Source: an uncultured Actinomycetes bacterium (GTDB taxonomy: Bacteria; Actinomycetota; Acidimicrobiia; Acidimicrobiales; CAVTQP01). From it: DNA of 64,000 nucleotides. The notes beneath the pieces are model-generated. The model was not told the DNA's origin, searched no databases, and saw only the letters and a program-made list of their open reading frames with translations. Below are positions 38,231 through 47,704 of this stretch, piece after piece. The stretch is taken from positions 134,159-198,158 of the forward strand of contig CAVTQP010000001.1 in the NCBI GenBank assembly GCA_963736925.1, written 5' to 3'. The position numbers and the translations under genes are program-made. The number at the start of each line of letters is the position of its first letter. The stretch's first letter is position 1.

Positions 38231-38629
38231 CGATGGCCAACAAGCGCAAGTGCGGCTGCGAGACGCCGTGGGCGCAGACCCGACCCCGCTGATTTCCGAA
38301 GAGCCCTAATCGGGGCCGAGCGGCGAGACGCGTGCGGCCGTGGACGAAACCGACGTGGTGGTGGTTGCTATCAACCTCGTCCTCAGTCTCGCCCTCAAAG
38401 CGACACACGAGACGCTCACCTTTACGACCAGCTGGACGGGACCGAGATGGTGCTACGTAGGACGCCCGTTCGGCCGGGAAGGCCCACGGCACGTCGTCTC
38501 CGCACCATGTGTCGCCCGGGTTCAACCCGGCCGCCCTCCCGCCGGCAGTTGGGTGGCATGGGTGGCTCTGTTGGGCGTGGCGGTTCTAGTCGTGGTGTGC
38601 GTGAAGAGGGATAGAACGGAGCGGACGGA

Positions 38630-38887
38630 ATGAACGAGAAAGAACCCAACCCTCAGCACGTCGACGGCCCCCTAATCGAGGACCTGGTCCGGGCCATAAC
38701 CGGCACCCTCCGGGAGTCCCCCCACGTCGTGGCAGACGACCTGGAAGCTGGCACGTTGGACCTGGTGCGGGGTGTCATGCCCGCTTTGGAACAGCACGAC
38801 CGGCGGCCCCGCCAGGAAGAGGACGAAGCCAAGCGGGAGCGGTTCCACCGGGCCCAAGCGGCCTACCGAAACCGGCGGCAAGGGTGA
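38630..38887 (+). CDS. hypothetical protein
   Basis: 85-aa ORF with normal GC and a charged C-terminus. No motif was recognised. Confidence 0.35.
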   Translation: MNEKEPNPQHVDGPLIEDLVRAITGTLRESPHVVADDLEAGTLDLVRGVMPALEQHDRRPRQEEDEAKRERFHRAQAAYRNRRQG

Positions 38888-39029
38888 ACGGGGACCAGGC
38901 GCTGCCAGACCCCCCGTGGCGCCCCCGAAACCCATCTTGCGGCCGATTCCCCCCTCCCCGACGAGGTATCGCCCAACCAACCTACCGAAAAATGGGTTTG
39001 ACCAGCCCTAACGCCGGCGACCCCAGCAG

Positions 39030-39098
39030 GATCGCTAGGCGTAGAGGCCAGATCGCCAGACGTGGCGGCCAGATCGCCAGGTAGAATCGCTAGACGTA
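39030..39098. repeat. iteron-like imperfect direct repeats
   Basis: There are four copies of about GATCGC(C/T)AG(A/G)(C)GT(A/G)G, at 39030, 39051, 39072 and 39086. Spacing is 21, 21 and 14 nt. The array ends at the ATG of the downstream wHTH/P-loop gene. Confidence 0.55.
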
Positions 39099-40828
39099 TG
39101 ACCAGCACTTTTGCCGAAAGAGCCGAGATGGGCAGGGCGAATGAGAAAGCCGTCCTCACCGTACTTGTCCACGCTGGAGGAGCCGGCCTAGCCCCCGCCC
39201 AGCTGGCCGAACAAGCGGGCCTCCCGGCCTCCACCCTGAGAGCTGCCGTGGCCCGCCTAGAGGGGCGCCACCTGGTCGGCCGAGAGGGAAAACGCCGAAT
39301 CTTCGCCACCGCCGCTGGACGGGCTGAAGCCGCCTCCCACCTCCCCGGAACGTCCCTGGAGGGCGGGATCGAGGCCTCTATCAATCTCCTCCCCTCCGAG
39401 GCTCTTAGGGCCTGGGTGCGCCTCGTCCTGTCCGCCGCCATAGCCCGCCACCACCTCCGATCCATTCGGCCCTATGGGTGGCCGTCCGGCATAGCCGTAG
39501 GGCCGACAAAAACCGGGAAATCGACCGCCGCTCTGGTCGTTATTCACGCCTTGGGGCTGGATCCCGCAGGCGCCATAAGGCCTGTTTCCGGCGAGACGGA
39601 GCGCTCGCTTTTGGGCCGGCGGGAACAGCTGCCGGGCGGGCGGTGGCGCCTTATCCCGGCGGAGCCCCTGACCCTGCCAGCCTTGGTGCTGGAGGAGTGG
39701 GATCACAACAAGACGGACACGGCGGTACGCCGCGCGGTCCTCAAGCTTGCTCAAGGGGACGCCCGTGTCGCCGGGGAGGGGCTCGACACGTTCGACGTGG
39801 TGCCGACCGCCGTCCTCTTAGCCAACGGGAGCCCGGCGCAGGTCCCGGAGGAATATCGCCGACGAGCGTTTGTAGTCGACACCACGCCCCTACGGCCGCT
39901 GCTCGTGGACACGATCGGGCCAGCCGCCCGTGCCCTGGCACGGACCGGGGCCGTCCCCGCCCTTCCCCTTGGCACCCTGCGCCCACCGTGCGAACGGCTA
40001 CCGGACGGCATTCTCGACGAGGCAATGTCCTATCTAAGGGACGGGCTAACCGATCGAGGGTGGGAGCTGGCCGACGCGCAGTCCATCGAAGCGGCCGCCT
40101 TGGGCAGGGCTGCACTGGCCGGGGTGGACCTCCGACAGGCCGTCCTCGCCTCAGTGGCCGACTACCTGACAACTGCGGCAACCGTGGGGGAGGCGGCGCC
40201 CGGGCGAATGCCGGCGGCCTTGCTCGATGCGCTCGGGGGACGGCTGGCGCCGGACCCCACCGAGGCTCAGGCTGAAGCGGCCGACGTGCAGCAGCGGCGC
40301 ACGCAACGGGACCAGGAAGAACGCCGAGAGACCCATCAGCTCACGGCTGCACGAGCCGCACTCGCCCAACGCCTAGAAGACGCCGGAAGGCGTATTCGTT
40401 CGGGCGTGCCGGAGGACCTGCGGGACATAGCGGCGGGCGTGCGCGCATGGCTGTCTGCTCTTCGACGTGAGGCGCTCGACAGCCGAAGCAGGGAAGCCCT
40501 CGAACACGTTGCGGAGGAAGCGGAAGAGCCGCTGGCACACGCTCAGCGGATCTTGACGGAGCGGGCCGCACGTAAGGAGCAGATGAGGCTGCCGTTACCC
40601 GGCAAGCCCCTCACTGTGTCAACGGGTTCCGAACGGTCCCCCGTCGACACGTTGCTGTCGCTCGGATTGGTGAAGCCCGACGCACCTCCCGGGGTCGGGT
40701 ACCGTGCCACCGACCCCTCCTTCCGCGGTGGCCTCGTCGTCTTCCCCAACGACGGGTGGGACGATCCCGGTGTGGCGGCCGTCATGCAGCGGTACCGCTC
40801 CGACGGCACCCCGGCCTCGAACAGCTGA
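39098..40828 (+). CDS. winged-helix plus P-loop NTPase protein (possible replication/partition initiator of the element)
   Basis: It has an N-terminal MarR-like wHTH (LAPAQLAEQAGLPASTLRAAVARLEGRHLV), the Walker A motif VGPTKTGKST and a Walker-B-like LPALVLEEWD. Its last 36 nt lie inside the right TIR. Confidence 0.6.
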   Translation: MTSTFAERAEMGRANEKAVLTVLVHAGGAGLAPAQLAEQAGLPASTLRAAVARLEGRHLVGREGKRRIFATAAGRAEAASHLPGTSLEGGIEASINLLPSEALRAWVRLVLSAAIARHHLRSIRPYGWPSGIAVGPTKTGKSTAALVVIHALGLDPAGAIRPVSGETERSLLGRREQLPGGRWRLIPAEPLTLPALVLEEWDHNKTDTAVRRAVLKLAQGDARVAGEGLDTFDVVPTAVLLANGSPAQVPEEYRRRAFVVDTTPLRPLLVDTIGPAARALARTGAVPALPLGTLRPPCERLPDGILDEAMSYLRDGLTDRGWELADAQSIEAAALGRAALAGVDLRQAVLASVADYLTTAATVGEAAPGRMPAALLDALGGRLAPDPTEAQAEAADVQQRRTQRDQEERRETHQLTAARAALAQRLEDAGRRIRSGVPEDLRDIAAGVRAWLSALRREALDSRSREALEHVAEEAEEPLAHAQRILTERAARKEQMRLPLPGKPLTVSTGSERSPVDTLLSLGLVKPDAPPGVGYRATDPSFRGGLVVFPNDGWDDPGVAAVMQRYRSDGTPASNS

Positions 40829-41248
40829 CTGAAGGCTCATCCTTCGACGGGCGGCGAACGCCTGACCCGGGAACACATCGAGGCCGACTGACGACCTGGC
40901 GGTGGACGGCACCTCCGCCAGGCTCCCTCCTGGCCTAGACGGCCTCCCGAGGGGCGGCTCAGGGGCCGTCAGAGGGCCTGAGGGGAGCTGGCCTACCACC
41001 GGCCTCCACGGGGCGCTACGGGAGCCCCTGAGGGACGACAGGACGACATGGGGGGCCTGAGCCAGCCTGAGGGGGCCAGCTGGGAGCGGAGAGGGGGGTT
41101 TTGGCTGGTAGGGTGGGGCGTAGTCCCTGCGGGGGGCCCTTCCGACAGCGGATCTGACGGGGCGTCAGGTCGGCGTGGGCGGAAATGGGCCGTGAGCAGG
41201 GGTTTTAGACGGTAGACCCGCATTTCTGACCCATCTTTCCTCTTGGCC
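40793..41248. repeat. right terminal inverted repeat (456 bp)
   Basis: It is the reverse complement of 22801-23256, as described for the left TIR. Confidence 0.9.
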
Positions 41249-41264
41249 CACCACCATGTTCGGG
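41249..41264. repeat. target-site duplication, right copy (CACCACCATGTTCGGG)
   Basis: It is an exact match to 22785-22800. Confidence 0.9.
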
Positions 41265-41431
41265 TTGGTGAGCACCCCTCTCAGATACAGCTCGAAAGGG
41301 TCGTAGCTGAACGATCCGCCCAGGAGGTCGCGCCCGATCAGTACCCCGCGGCTTCCCAACCCTCCGTCGGACATGCACGGATACGCCGCGCCGAGGTGGG
41401 CGGTCGTGGCGCGGTGAGCCGGCAGACTCAC
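41249..41431 (-). pseudogene. T4SS VirB4/TraC-like ATPase, N-terminal fragment
   Basis: Its GTG at 41431 overlaps the upstream stop (GTGA). It reads VSLPAHRATTAHLGAAYPCMSDGGLGSRGVLIGRDLLGGSFSYDPFELYLRGVLTNPNMVV and then runs into the TIR. Confidence 0.85.
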
Positions 41432-42919
41432 GCCAGGCCCCGCCCGAGCGGGAGGGTCCATGTGAACGCCTCATCCTGTTGGCCGTACAGGCGCCTGAGC
41501 TCGAGGCGCGACTGAGCCGCGACTTGCTCGACCCGAGTGCACTCCTTCTCAAGTGACTCCTCTGACGCCGAGGTCACGGTCACATACCCGGTGAAGCGAA
41601 ATTGGGCGTGACCATCCGCGAGCTCCACCTCCCGCCTCACTACTCCTTCCTCCTCACGACGCCGGCGAGCCGTAGCCATGAAGCCTCCTCTACGCCGTAG
41701 CTCGGAGTCCGCCGTGTCGGCTGTACGAGCCTGTTCGGCCTCCCGTGCCGCCTTGGCCGGGCTGACGGGTTCCATCGTCATGGAGACTGTTCTGCGGGCC
41801 TCGACTTGCAATAGGAGGGGGCCGAGAAAGTCCGGGCCGACGTCGACCCTGGGCCACTCGGCGATCCAGTAGGTGGCATGCCACGTGGATTCGGTGCGAT
41901 AGCACGACCAGGACACTTCCGCCGCGTGGGGCCATGCTGCTGGCGACTCGGGCGAGGGCGGCCGTTCGCCGGCCGGCGCCGGCCTGTGCTCGACAGCCGA
42001 TCTGAAGGCGCGACACAGCGACCTCGGCGACAGGCAGCCCTCGACGGTGAGCTCGGCCGAGGCCAGCTGAGCACTCACAGAGCGCACCTCCTGTTCCAGC
42101 AGGGTGCACGATTCGAGATCGGCAGCCGCCTCGGGTCTGGATCTCTCTCGTCGGCGCGACCGCACGGAGATCGCCAGCATGACCTCGTGCCGCTTGCTCA
42201 CCGGCTTCGCCTCTGCAAGAAGGGCTGAATACGAGCGCACACATTCCGACCACGGGGTCTGCTTCATCTCCTCGTCGAGGTAGTTGAGAACAGCAGCGCC
42301 GTTGTCGGGCAGCCCCCGCTCCACCCACTGAAGCCTGTGGATGGCCGAGCTCTCTCGCGCCAACCCGGCCAGCATGGCGGCCCAGCATGCAATCCGATGA
42401 TGCTTCTCCTCTTCACCCAGGAGGGCGAAGCTGTGGCCCCTCGAGCGCGACAACGGCCGTATAGGTACGTGCCCTGGCGTCTTTGACGACTCCCATCCGC
42501 AGCGAGCCCTGCGCGACGGGTGGACTGATGACGCGACAGCCCCGGAGCACCTCGGGAGAGTCGCACTCGGACGGGACCGGCTGGGCTGCGTCAAGCCCAA
42601 CCCCCCAAACCGACCCATACACAGCTGCCGAGGCCAGGTACCGGCGCCTGCCGCGCGCCTGCCTGATGAACCAGACGACCACCAACGGCAGCCATTGCTC
42701 GGCTGTGCGCCCCCGTATCGGCCAGCAGGCGATGACGATTCCGGCGCACACGGACAGAACCGCCACCGACAATCCGGTCAGGCTCGCCCGGCCCCGCAGC
42801 ACGGCGACACCGACCACGAGCCCTACGCTGACCGCAGCGATCTGGCCGCCGCGCCACCCGGCTATCAATCCCCTTCGCTCCAGTGGTCCGAAGCGGTAGC
42901 GAGTCTGGTCGACGGCCAC
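41428..42919 (-). CDS. SCO6880-like T4SS membrane-associated protein (1-nt frameshift near 42437)
   Basis: The N-terminus TRYRFGPLERRGLIAGWRGGQIA and its TM helices are in the frame of 42919. The rest (HSFALLGEEEKHHRIACWAAML...) is in the frame of 42618. The switch occurs at a C-run at 42437-42440. Confidence 0.65.
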
Positions 42920-42928
42920 TTCTCTGCC

Positions 42929-44362
42929 TCAACCACGACCTCGATCGGAACCGTGCCCGTCGCCAGGAACCTGGCGGCTCGTGGCCCGCGATTCGGTGTC
43001 GGTCTCGATGCGGCCCGGGCCCGGTGAAACCGGGCCAGGGCCCGGGCGGTGCGGTGTCTCGGAGCCAGGATCTCGCCATTCGTCGTGGGAAGCGGTGGGC
43101 AGCGCCAGGCTCGGGGGCTCGGGCTTGCCCACGGCCATCGGGATGTCGTCTCCGAGGCCGGCGGGCGAGCCCGATGAGGCGAGCGCGACTTGAAGCACGG
43201 ACGAGGGGGCGGGCAGCGCATCCCTCGCCCGGCGTGACACCCCTTCCAGATGCGTGATCGCCCCCGCCTCGACCGCGGGGATGAGCCGCAGCAGTGTGAA
43301 TGGGACGAACGCGGCGAGCAACAAGAGGGCTGCGCCCCCGATGACTCCTGCGAACCCGGATGACCCGCCCTCTCCGGAAAGGGCGCCCGCGGCCAGGCTC
43401 ATCACTGCGACGACCACCAGCTTGGAGAGGATCAGGGCACCGAGGATCTCTCCGAGACGTCGGCACCAAGATGCTGTTACCGGCCACACCAGACCGGCCA
43501 GTGCGAGCGGCAGGAAGAGCACCGCGACGTAGATGGCTGCCGCCCTGATGACCAGCTCTAGCCAGAGTGCCAACGCCGCCCCGGAGACCACCAGAGCGCC
43601 GAGAAAAGCCACGAAGGCTGGGGTGCCGGGCGAGCCGCTAGCGAGGGCGGGTCCGGCCAGGGCCCGGCTGACACCCTGCATGAAGTTCTGGGAATCGATA
43701 CCCGCCCCTGAGGAGACGGTGGTGGTCATGGCGTCCACAGCCGAGAGAGCCAGCTGCACTAGTTGAACCGCCACGGCGACGAACAGCAGAGCCAACGGGA
43801 GCCTGACCAAAGCGGACCGGGCCAGCAAGGACAGGTCCTGGCGGGCGATCGCTTGAATGAGGGATACGAGCAGCAACGGCAGGACCAAGAAGGCGGCAAG
43901 GCCCGCCATGACCTTGAAGTGCCGGGAGAACCACGTCCCGCCGAGATCTGGCCGGGTGCTTGCGGACATCGCGCCTCCCACCTGGCTCAGAAGCCATGCG
44001 GCTCCCGCAGCCACCCACTGGCTCAGCGCGCTCAGGACGCTGTCGGCGCCGACGCCGATGACCGCGCCGGCCGCCCCTCCCACACCGGATCCGACCCCTC
44101 CCACCGAGGAGCCGACCGCTCCGGTCCCGGCCTGCCCGGGCTGACATGCTTGCTGCACGCCTGCGGAGTCTCCCTGACAGGCTTGAGGCTGCGAGCCGGG
44201 AGCGCCCTCCGTCGACGGCTGCAGTGCCGGTGGAGGTTGTGTCGGCGGAGCAGGTGAAGCAAGGGCTGGGGGAGACTGCGGTGACGCAACGGCTGCGGGT
44301 GACAATGCGATCGTTCCGACCAGAACTCCGGCTGCGACGAGCACCGTGCGCCCACGGCTCAC
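42929..44362 (-). CDS. polytopic membrane protein, VirB6/TrbL-like
   Basis: Its GTG start at 44362 overlaps the upstream stop (GTGA). It has a signal-like N-terminus, a Pro/Ala-rich linker and at least 6 TM helices. The upstream part of the 597-aa ORF is rejected. Confidence 0.65.
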   Translation of the reverse strand: MSRGRTVLVAAGVLVGTIALSPAAVASPQSPPALASPAPPTQPPPALQPSTEGAPGSQPQACQGDSAGVQQACQPGQAGTGAVGSSVGGVGSGVGGAAGAVIGVGADSVLSALSQWVAAGAAWLLSQVGGAMSASTRPDLGGTWFSRHFKVMAGLAAFLVLPLLLVSLIQAIARQDLSLLARSALVRLPLALLFVAVAVQLVQLALSAVDAMTTTVSSGAGIDSQNFMQGVSRALAGPALASGSPGTPAFVAFLGALVVSGAALALWLELVIRAAAIYVAVLFLPLALAGLVWPVTASWCRRLGEILGALILSKLVVVAVMSLAAGALSGEGGSSGFAGVIGGAALLLLAAFVPFTLLRLIPAVEAGAITHLEGVSRRARDALPAPSSVLQVALASSGSPAGLGDDIPMAVGKPEPPSLALPTASHDEWRDPGSETPHRPGPGPVSPGPGRIETDTESRATSRQVPGDGHGSDRGRG

Positions 44363-44649
44363 TTGATTCCCACGCCGGTGTTGAAGAAGAAGTTCACCAC
44401 CCCGGGAGCCGCCCCGATTATGAGGGCGGCCAGGCCCGAGATCAGGACCGTTCGCCGACCCAGATATGACTGCTGGTAGTTGTTGGAGTGAGCACCTAGG
44501 GCCCACGCGGCCGCACCGACCAGCAATCCCACCAGGGCGAGCACCAATGCCCACCAGCCGATGCCGTTGGTGAGGCTTTGCAGGGCGGAGCCGCCGGGAA
44601 GGTTGCCGGAGTTCGGTTGGAGGCTGACCCCTGCCGCTGACAGCAACAT
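44359..44649 (-). CDS. small two-TM pilin-like protein (DUF6112/TrbC-like)
   Basis: 96-aa ORF. LQSLTNGIGWWALVLALVGLLVGAAAWALGAHSNNYQQSY..LISGLAALIIGAAPGVVNFF matches my memory of the conserved first gene of actinobacterial T4SS-like clusters. Confidence 0.6.
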   Translation of the reverse strand: MLLSAAGVSLQPNSGNLPGGSALQSLTNGIGWWALVLALVGLLVGAAAWALGAHSNNYQQSYLGRRTVLISGLAALIIGAAPGVVNFFFNTGVGIK

Positions 44650-44973
44650 TTCGAGACCTCCTTCGAGCGAGACGATGGATCGGAGCCAACGCCAGGGTAA
44701 CCGCTATTTGATAGATTCTCAATATATTTCATGTATTTTTCTGGCCGCGAGGAGCCAAATGCCTGACCGAGCAACGCGGCTCACGGGGGCGAGCGGTGCG
44801 GGCGCGTGAGTGGCCGGCCTGATTGTCGCCCGCCTGGCCGAGTTAAGCCTGCGTTCACCCCATAGCCATGACGGCGTCTCTTGGCCCTCGTAGGGTTGGC
44901 GCTTGCGGCGCGCCGTCATACTGACCACGGCGCCAGCCGCCCTTGGCGGGTGGACCTGCTGTCGAGGAGGACC

Positions 44974-45750
44974 ATGTCGAAGCGAGTCGAAGTGGAGAAC
45001 CTGAGCGCTTACTTCGGCGAGCACCAGGCCGTGGCCGACATCTCCCTCGATATCGAGCCCAAGCAGGTCACCGCCTTGATCGGGCCGTCGGGATGTGGAA
45101 AATCGACCTTCATCCGCACGCTCAACCGGCTTCACGAGCTGGTACAGGGGGCTCATATGGAGGGTCGAGTGCTCTTGGACAGCGAAGACGTCTACGGGCC
45201 GCATGTGGACCCAATCGAGGTGCGGCGCAACATCGGCATGGTCTTCCAGCGACCCAACCCGTTCCCCACCATGTCGGTGAGGGACAACGTCAGCGCCGGG
45301 CTCCGCCTCACCAGACGCCGGCGCCGCCACGAGCTCGACGAAGCGGTGGAGAGCTCCCTCAAGATGGTGGGCCTGTGGGAGGAGGTGAACCGCCGGCTGG
45401 ACAAGCCCGCGGCGGGATTGTCCGGCGGTCAGCAGCAACGCCTGTGCATCGCCCGGGCGGTCGCCGTGGAACCCGCCGTGTTGTTGATGGACGAGCCGTG
45501 CTCCTCGCTCGACCCGGTCTCGACCCTCACCATCGAGGACCTCGTCTTCGAGTTGAAGGACCGTTACACGATCCTGATAGTCACCCACAACATGCAGCAG
45601 GCTGCGAGGGTGAGCGACATAACCGCCTTCTTCACCGTCGGAGGGCCCGGTGAACCGGGGCGCCTGGTGGAGGTCGGGCCCACCCCGACGATCTTCACCA
45701 CCCCCTCCGACAGCCGAACCGAGGCCTACATAACGGGCAGATTCGGGTGA
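44974..45750 (+). CDS. pstB: phosphate ABC transporter ATP-binding protein
   Basis: It has the Walker A motif GPSGCGKST, the PstB-typical [11 protein letters not shown], the signature LSGGQQQRL and the Walker B motif LLMDEP. A GAGGAGGA RBS precedes ATG 44974. Confidence 0.9.
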   Translation: MSKRVEVENLSAYFGEHQAVADISLDIEPKQVTALIGPSGCGKSTFIRTLNRLHELVQGAHMEGRVLLDSEDVYGPHVDPIEVRRNIGMVFQRPNPFPTMSVRDNVSAGLRLTRRRRRHELDEAVESSLKMVGLWEEVNRRLDKPAAGLSGGQQQRLCIARAVAVEPAVLLMDEPCSSLDPVSTLTIEDLVFELKDRYTILIVTHNMQQAARVSDITAFFTVGGPGEPGRLVEVGPTPTIFTTPSDSRTEAYITGRFG

Positions 45751-46991
45751 GCCCGCCGGTCATCGGGCTGATCGTGGGGGTGGCGGCGGTGTCGCTCGTC
45801 CTCCTGGTGACGGTCTTCCGGGGGACATCCCGGCGCAGGGGGCTCCGGCAACGCCTGACCGCCATCGCCGCCCGTCTCGGAGACGACCCGGAGGCCGCCG
45901 ACAGAGCCAGGACGGAGGAAGCTCTAGGCCGCCTCGAGCGGGCTTCAGACGCAGCTGCCGAGGCCGTGGCCGAGGCCAGCTCGGATGCCATACGTCTTCG
46001 CAAGGCCCTGGACTCCCTTCCCCTTGCGGTTGTCGTGTGCACCGAGGGCGGACACGTCGTGTTTCGCAACTCGGGGGCCGAGGCCCTGATGGGCGGGAGG
46101 CACTCCGACGCCCTGGCCGCCAAGGTCGTCGACGAGATGATCACATCGACGTGGGCGGGCGAACCGGCTTCCCAGAGAACGCTCGAGCTCTACGGCCCTC
46201 CAAGAAGAACCCTCAACGTCCATACACACACGGTCGACGACGGGCAGCGGTCGTTGGGCGTCATCGCGGTCATCGAGGACGTCAGTGACAAGAGGAGGCT
46301 CGAGGCGGTGAGGCGCGACTTCGTGGCCAATGTGAGCCACGAGCTGAAGACGCCGGCCGCCGCCCTTGGCCTCCTGGCCGAGACGCTGATGTCAGAGACC
46401 GACCCGACCGTCACGACACGGTTGGCGTCACGGATCCAGACCGAGGCGTTTCGGGTCAGCGGTATCATCGACGAGCTGCTCGACCTCTCCCGAATCGAGG
46501 CCGAGGAGTCACCACCACGTGAGCTGGTGCTGACCGACCTGGTGATGGCCGAGTCGATCGAAAGAGCGCGCCACGCAGCCGAGACGCACGGCGTGGAGCT
46601 CGTGCTGAAGGAGGCAGCCGCGCCCGTGGCTGTCATGGGGGACCGCCGCCAGTTGATCTCGGCGATAGGCAACCTGCTCGACAACGCAGTGAAGTACTCG
46701 GATCCGGGAACCACGGTCGAGGTGAGCACGACCAACAGAAACGGGCACGTCGACATGATCGTCGCTGATCAGGGCATCGGCATACCCGCACCGGACCTGG
46801 AACGCATCTTCGAGCGCTTCTACCGGGTGGACCGGGGGCGAAGCCGCAACACCGGTGGAACGGGACTTGGCCTGTCCATCGTGCGCCATATCGCCAGCAA
46901 CCATAACGGAACCGTCCTGGTCGAGTCCCGGGAAGGCGAAGGTTCCCGGTTCACCTTGAGGCTGCCCCTCAGACGGGATCGAGACCAGTGA
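45747..46991 (+). CDS. senX3: two-component sensor histidine kinase (SenX3/PhoR-like)
   Basis: It has an N-terminal TM helix, a PAS-like region, the H-box [12 protein letters not shown] and the HATPase motifs NLLDNAVKY and GTGLGLSIV. It overlaps the pstB stop. Confidence 0.85.
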   Translation: MSPPVIGLIVGVAAVSLVLLVTVFRGTSRRRGLRQRLTAIAARLGDDPEAADRARTEEALGRLERASDAAAEAVAEASSDAIRLRKALDSLPLAVVVCTEGGHVVFRNSGAEALMGGRHSDALAAKVVDEMITSTWAGEPASQRTLELYGPPRRTLNVHTHTVDDGQRSLGVIAVIEDVSDKRRLEAVRRDFVANVSHELKTPAAALGLLAETLMSETDPTVTTRLASRIQTEAFRVSGIIDELLDLSRIEAEESPPRELVLTDLVMAESIERARHAAETHGVELVLKEAAAPVAVMGDRRQLISAIGNLLDNAVKYSDPGTTVEVSTTNRNGHVDMIVADQGIGIPAPDLERIFERFYRVDRGRSRNTGGTGLGLSIVRHIASNHNGTVLVESREGEGSRFTLRLPLRRDRDQ

Positions 46992-47704
46992 CCGAGGCCC
47001 AGGCCACCGTGCTGCTGGCCGAAGACGAGGACTCCTTCGTGGACGCCCTCGTGGTCGGTCTGGAGAGGGAGGGCTTTCGCATGAGGGTTGCTAAGGACGG
47101 CGTCGAGGCTCTGCGCCTGTTCGAGACCGTCGAGCCCGACCTGGTCCTCCTCGACATCATGTTGCCCAAGCTGTCGGGCATCGACGTGTGTCGAGACATC
47201 CGAGCGCGCTCACAGGTCCCGATCATCATGGTGACTGCCAAGGGCACCGAGATCGACACCGTGGTGGGCTTGGAGATGGGTGCAGACGACTATGTGTCGA
47301 AGCCCTACCGGTTGCGGGAACTGGTGGCCCGCATGAGGGCCGCCTTGCGTCGCGCCCCCGTCGAAGCCGAGCTCGACCAACCCTCGGGCGAGGCCCTCGA
47401 AGTCGGCCAGGTCAGGCTGGACCCTCACCGGCACGAGGTCCGCGTCAGGGGCGACGAGGTCAAGCTTCCTTTGAAGGAGTTCGAGCTGCTCGAACTGCTG
47501 CTCGAGAACGCCGGAAGGGTCCTCACGCGGGACACCTTGATAGACCGAGTCTGGGGACCCAACTACTACGGGGACACCAAGACACTCGACGTTCACATCA
47601 AGCGGCTGAGGGCACGGATCGAAGCGGACCCGTCGCGACCTTCCCTCATCACGACCATCAGGGGGCTGGGATACCGGTACGAGCTCGGACGTCGACGTCG
47701 ATGA
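46988..47704 (+). CDS. regX3: OmpR-family response regulator (RegX3/PhoP-like)
   Basis: It has the receiver motifs VLLAEDED, DLVLLDIMLP and MVTAK, and an OmpR-type winged helix ending in IRGLGYRY. Confidence 0.9.
   Translation: MTEAQATVLLAEDEDSFVDALVVGLEREGFRMRVAKDGVEALRLFETVEPDLVLLDIMLPKLSGIDVCRDIRARSQVPIIMVTAKGTEIDTVVGLEMGADDYVSKPYRLRELVARMRAALRRAPVEAELDQPSGEALEVGQVRLDPHRHEVRVRGDEVKLPLKEFELLELLLENAGRVLTRDTLIDRVWGPNYYGDTKTLDVHIKRLRARIEADPSRPSLITTIRGLGYRYELGRRRR

Larger units (their letters stand above)
22801..41248. mobile_element. casposon-like self-synthesizing transposon (Cas1 + PolB, TIRs, TSD), 18,448 bp
   Basis: It has 456-bp TIRs, a 16-bp TSD, a full-length Cas1 at 30170-31738 and family-B polymerase remnants at 33730-36903. 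In-silico excision restores a 424-aa ATPase ORF. No other transposase or integrase was recognised inside. Confidence 0.8.

Noticed and set aside
10364-44700. Calling the whole tRNA-Lys-to-T4SS region a single integrative conjugative element
   Set aside because: No integrase, relaxase or distal att repeat is visible in the window, and the genes in between (FAH, VOC, GH43) could be ordinary variable chromosome. It is kept only as a low-interest note.
44363-44722. N-terminal 120 codons of the 597-aa VirB6-like ORF
   Set aside because: It overlaps the pilin-like gene in another frame. The GTG at 44362, in a GTGA junction, gives a signal-like N-terminus.
47188-47700. Upstream 171 codons of the 392-aa ORF that ends as PhoU
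   Set aside because: This region is the regX3 gene read in another frame. PhoU starts at ATG 47701, in an ATGA overlap with the regX3 stop.
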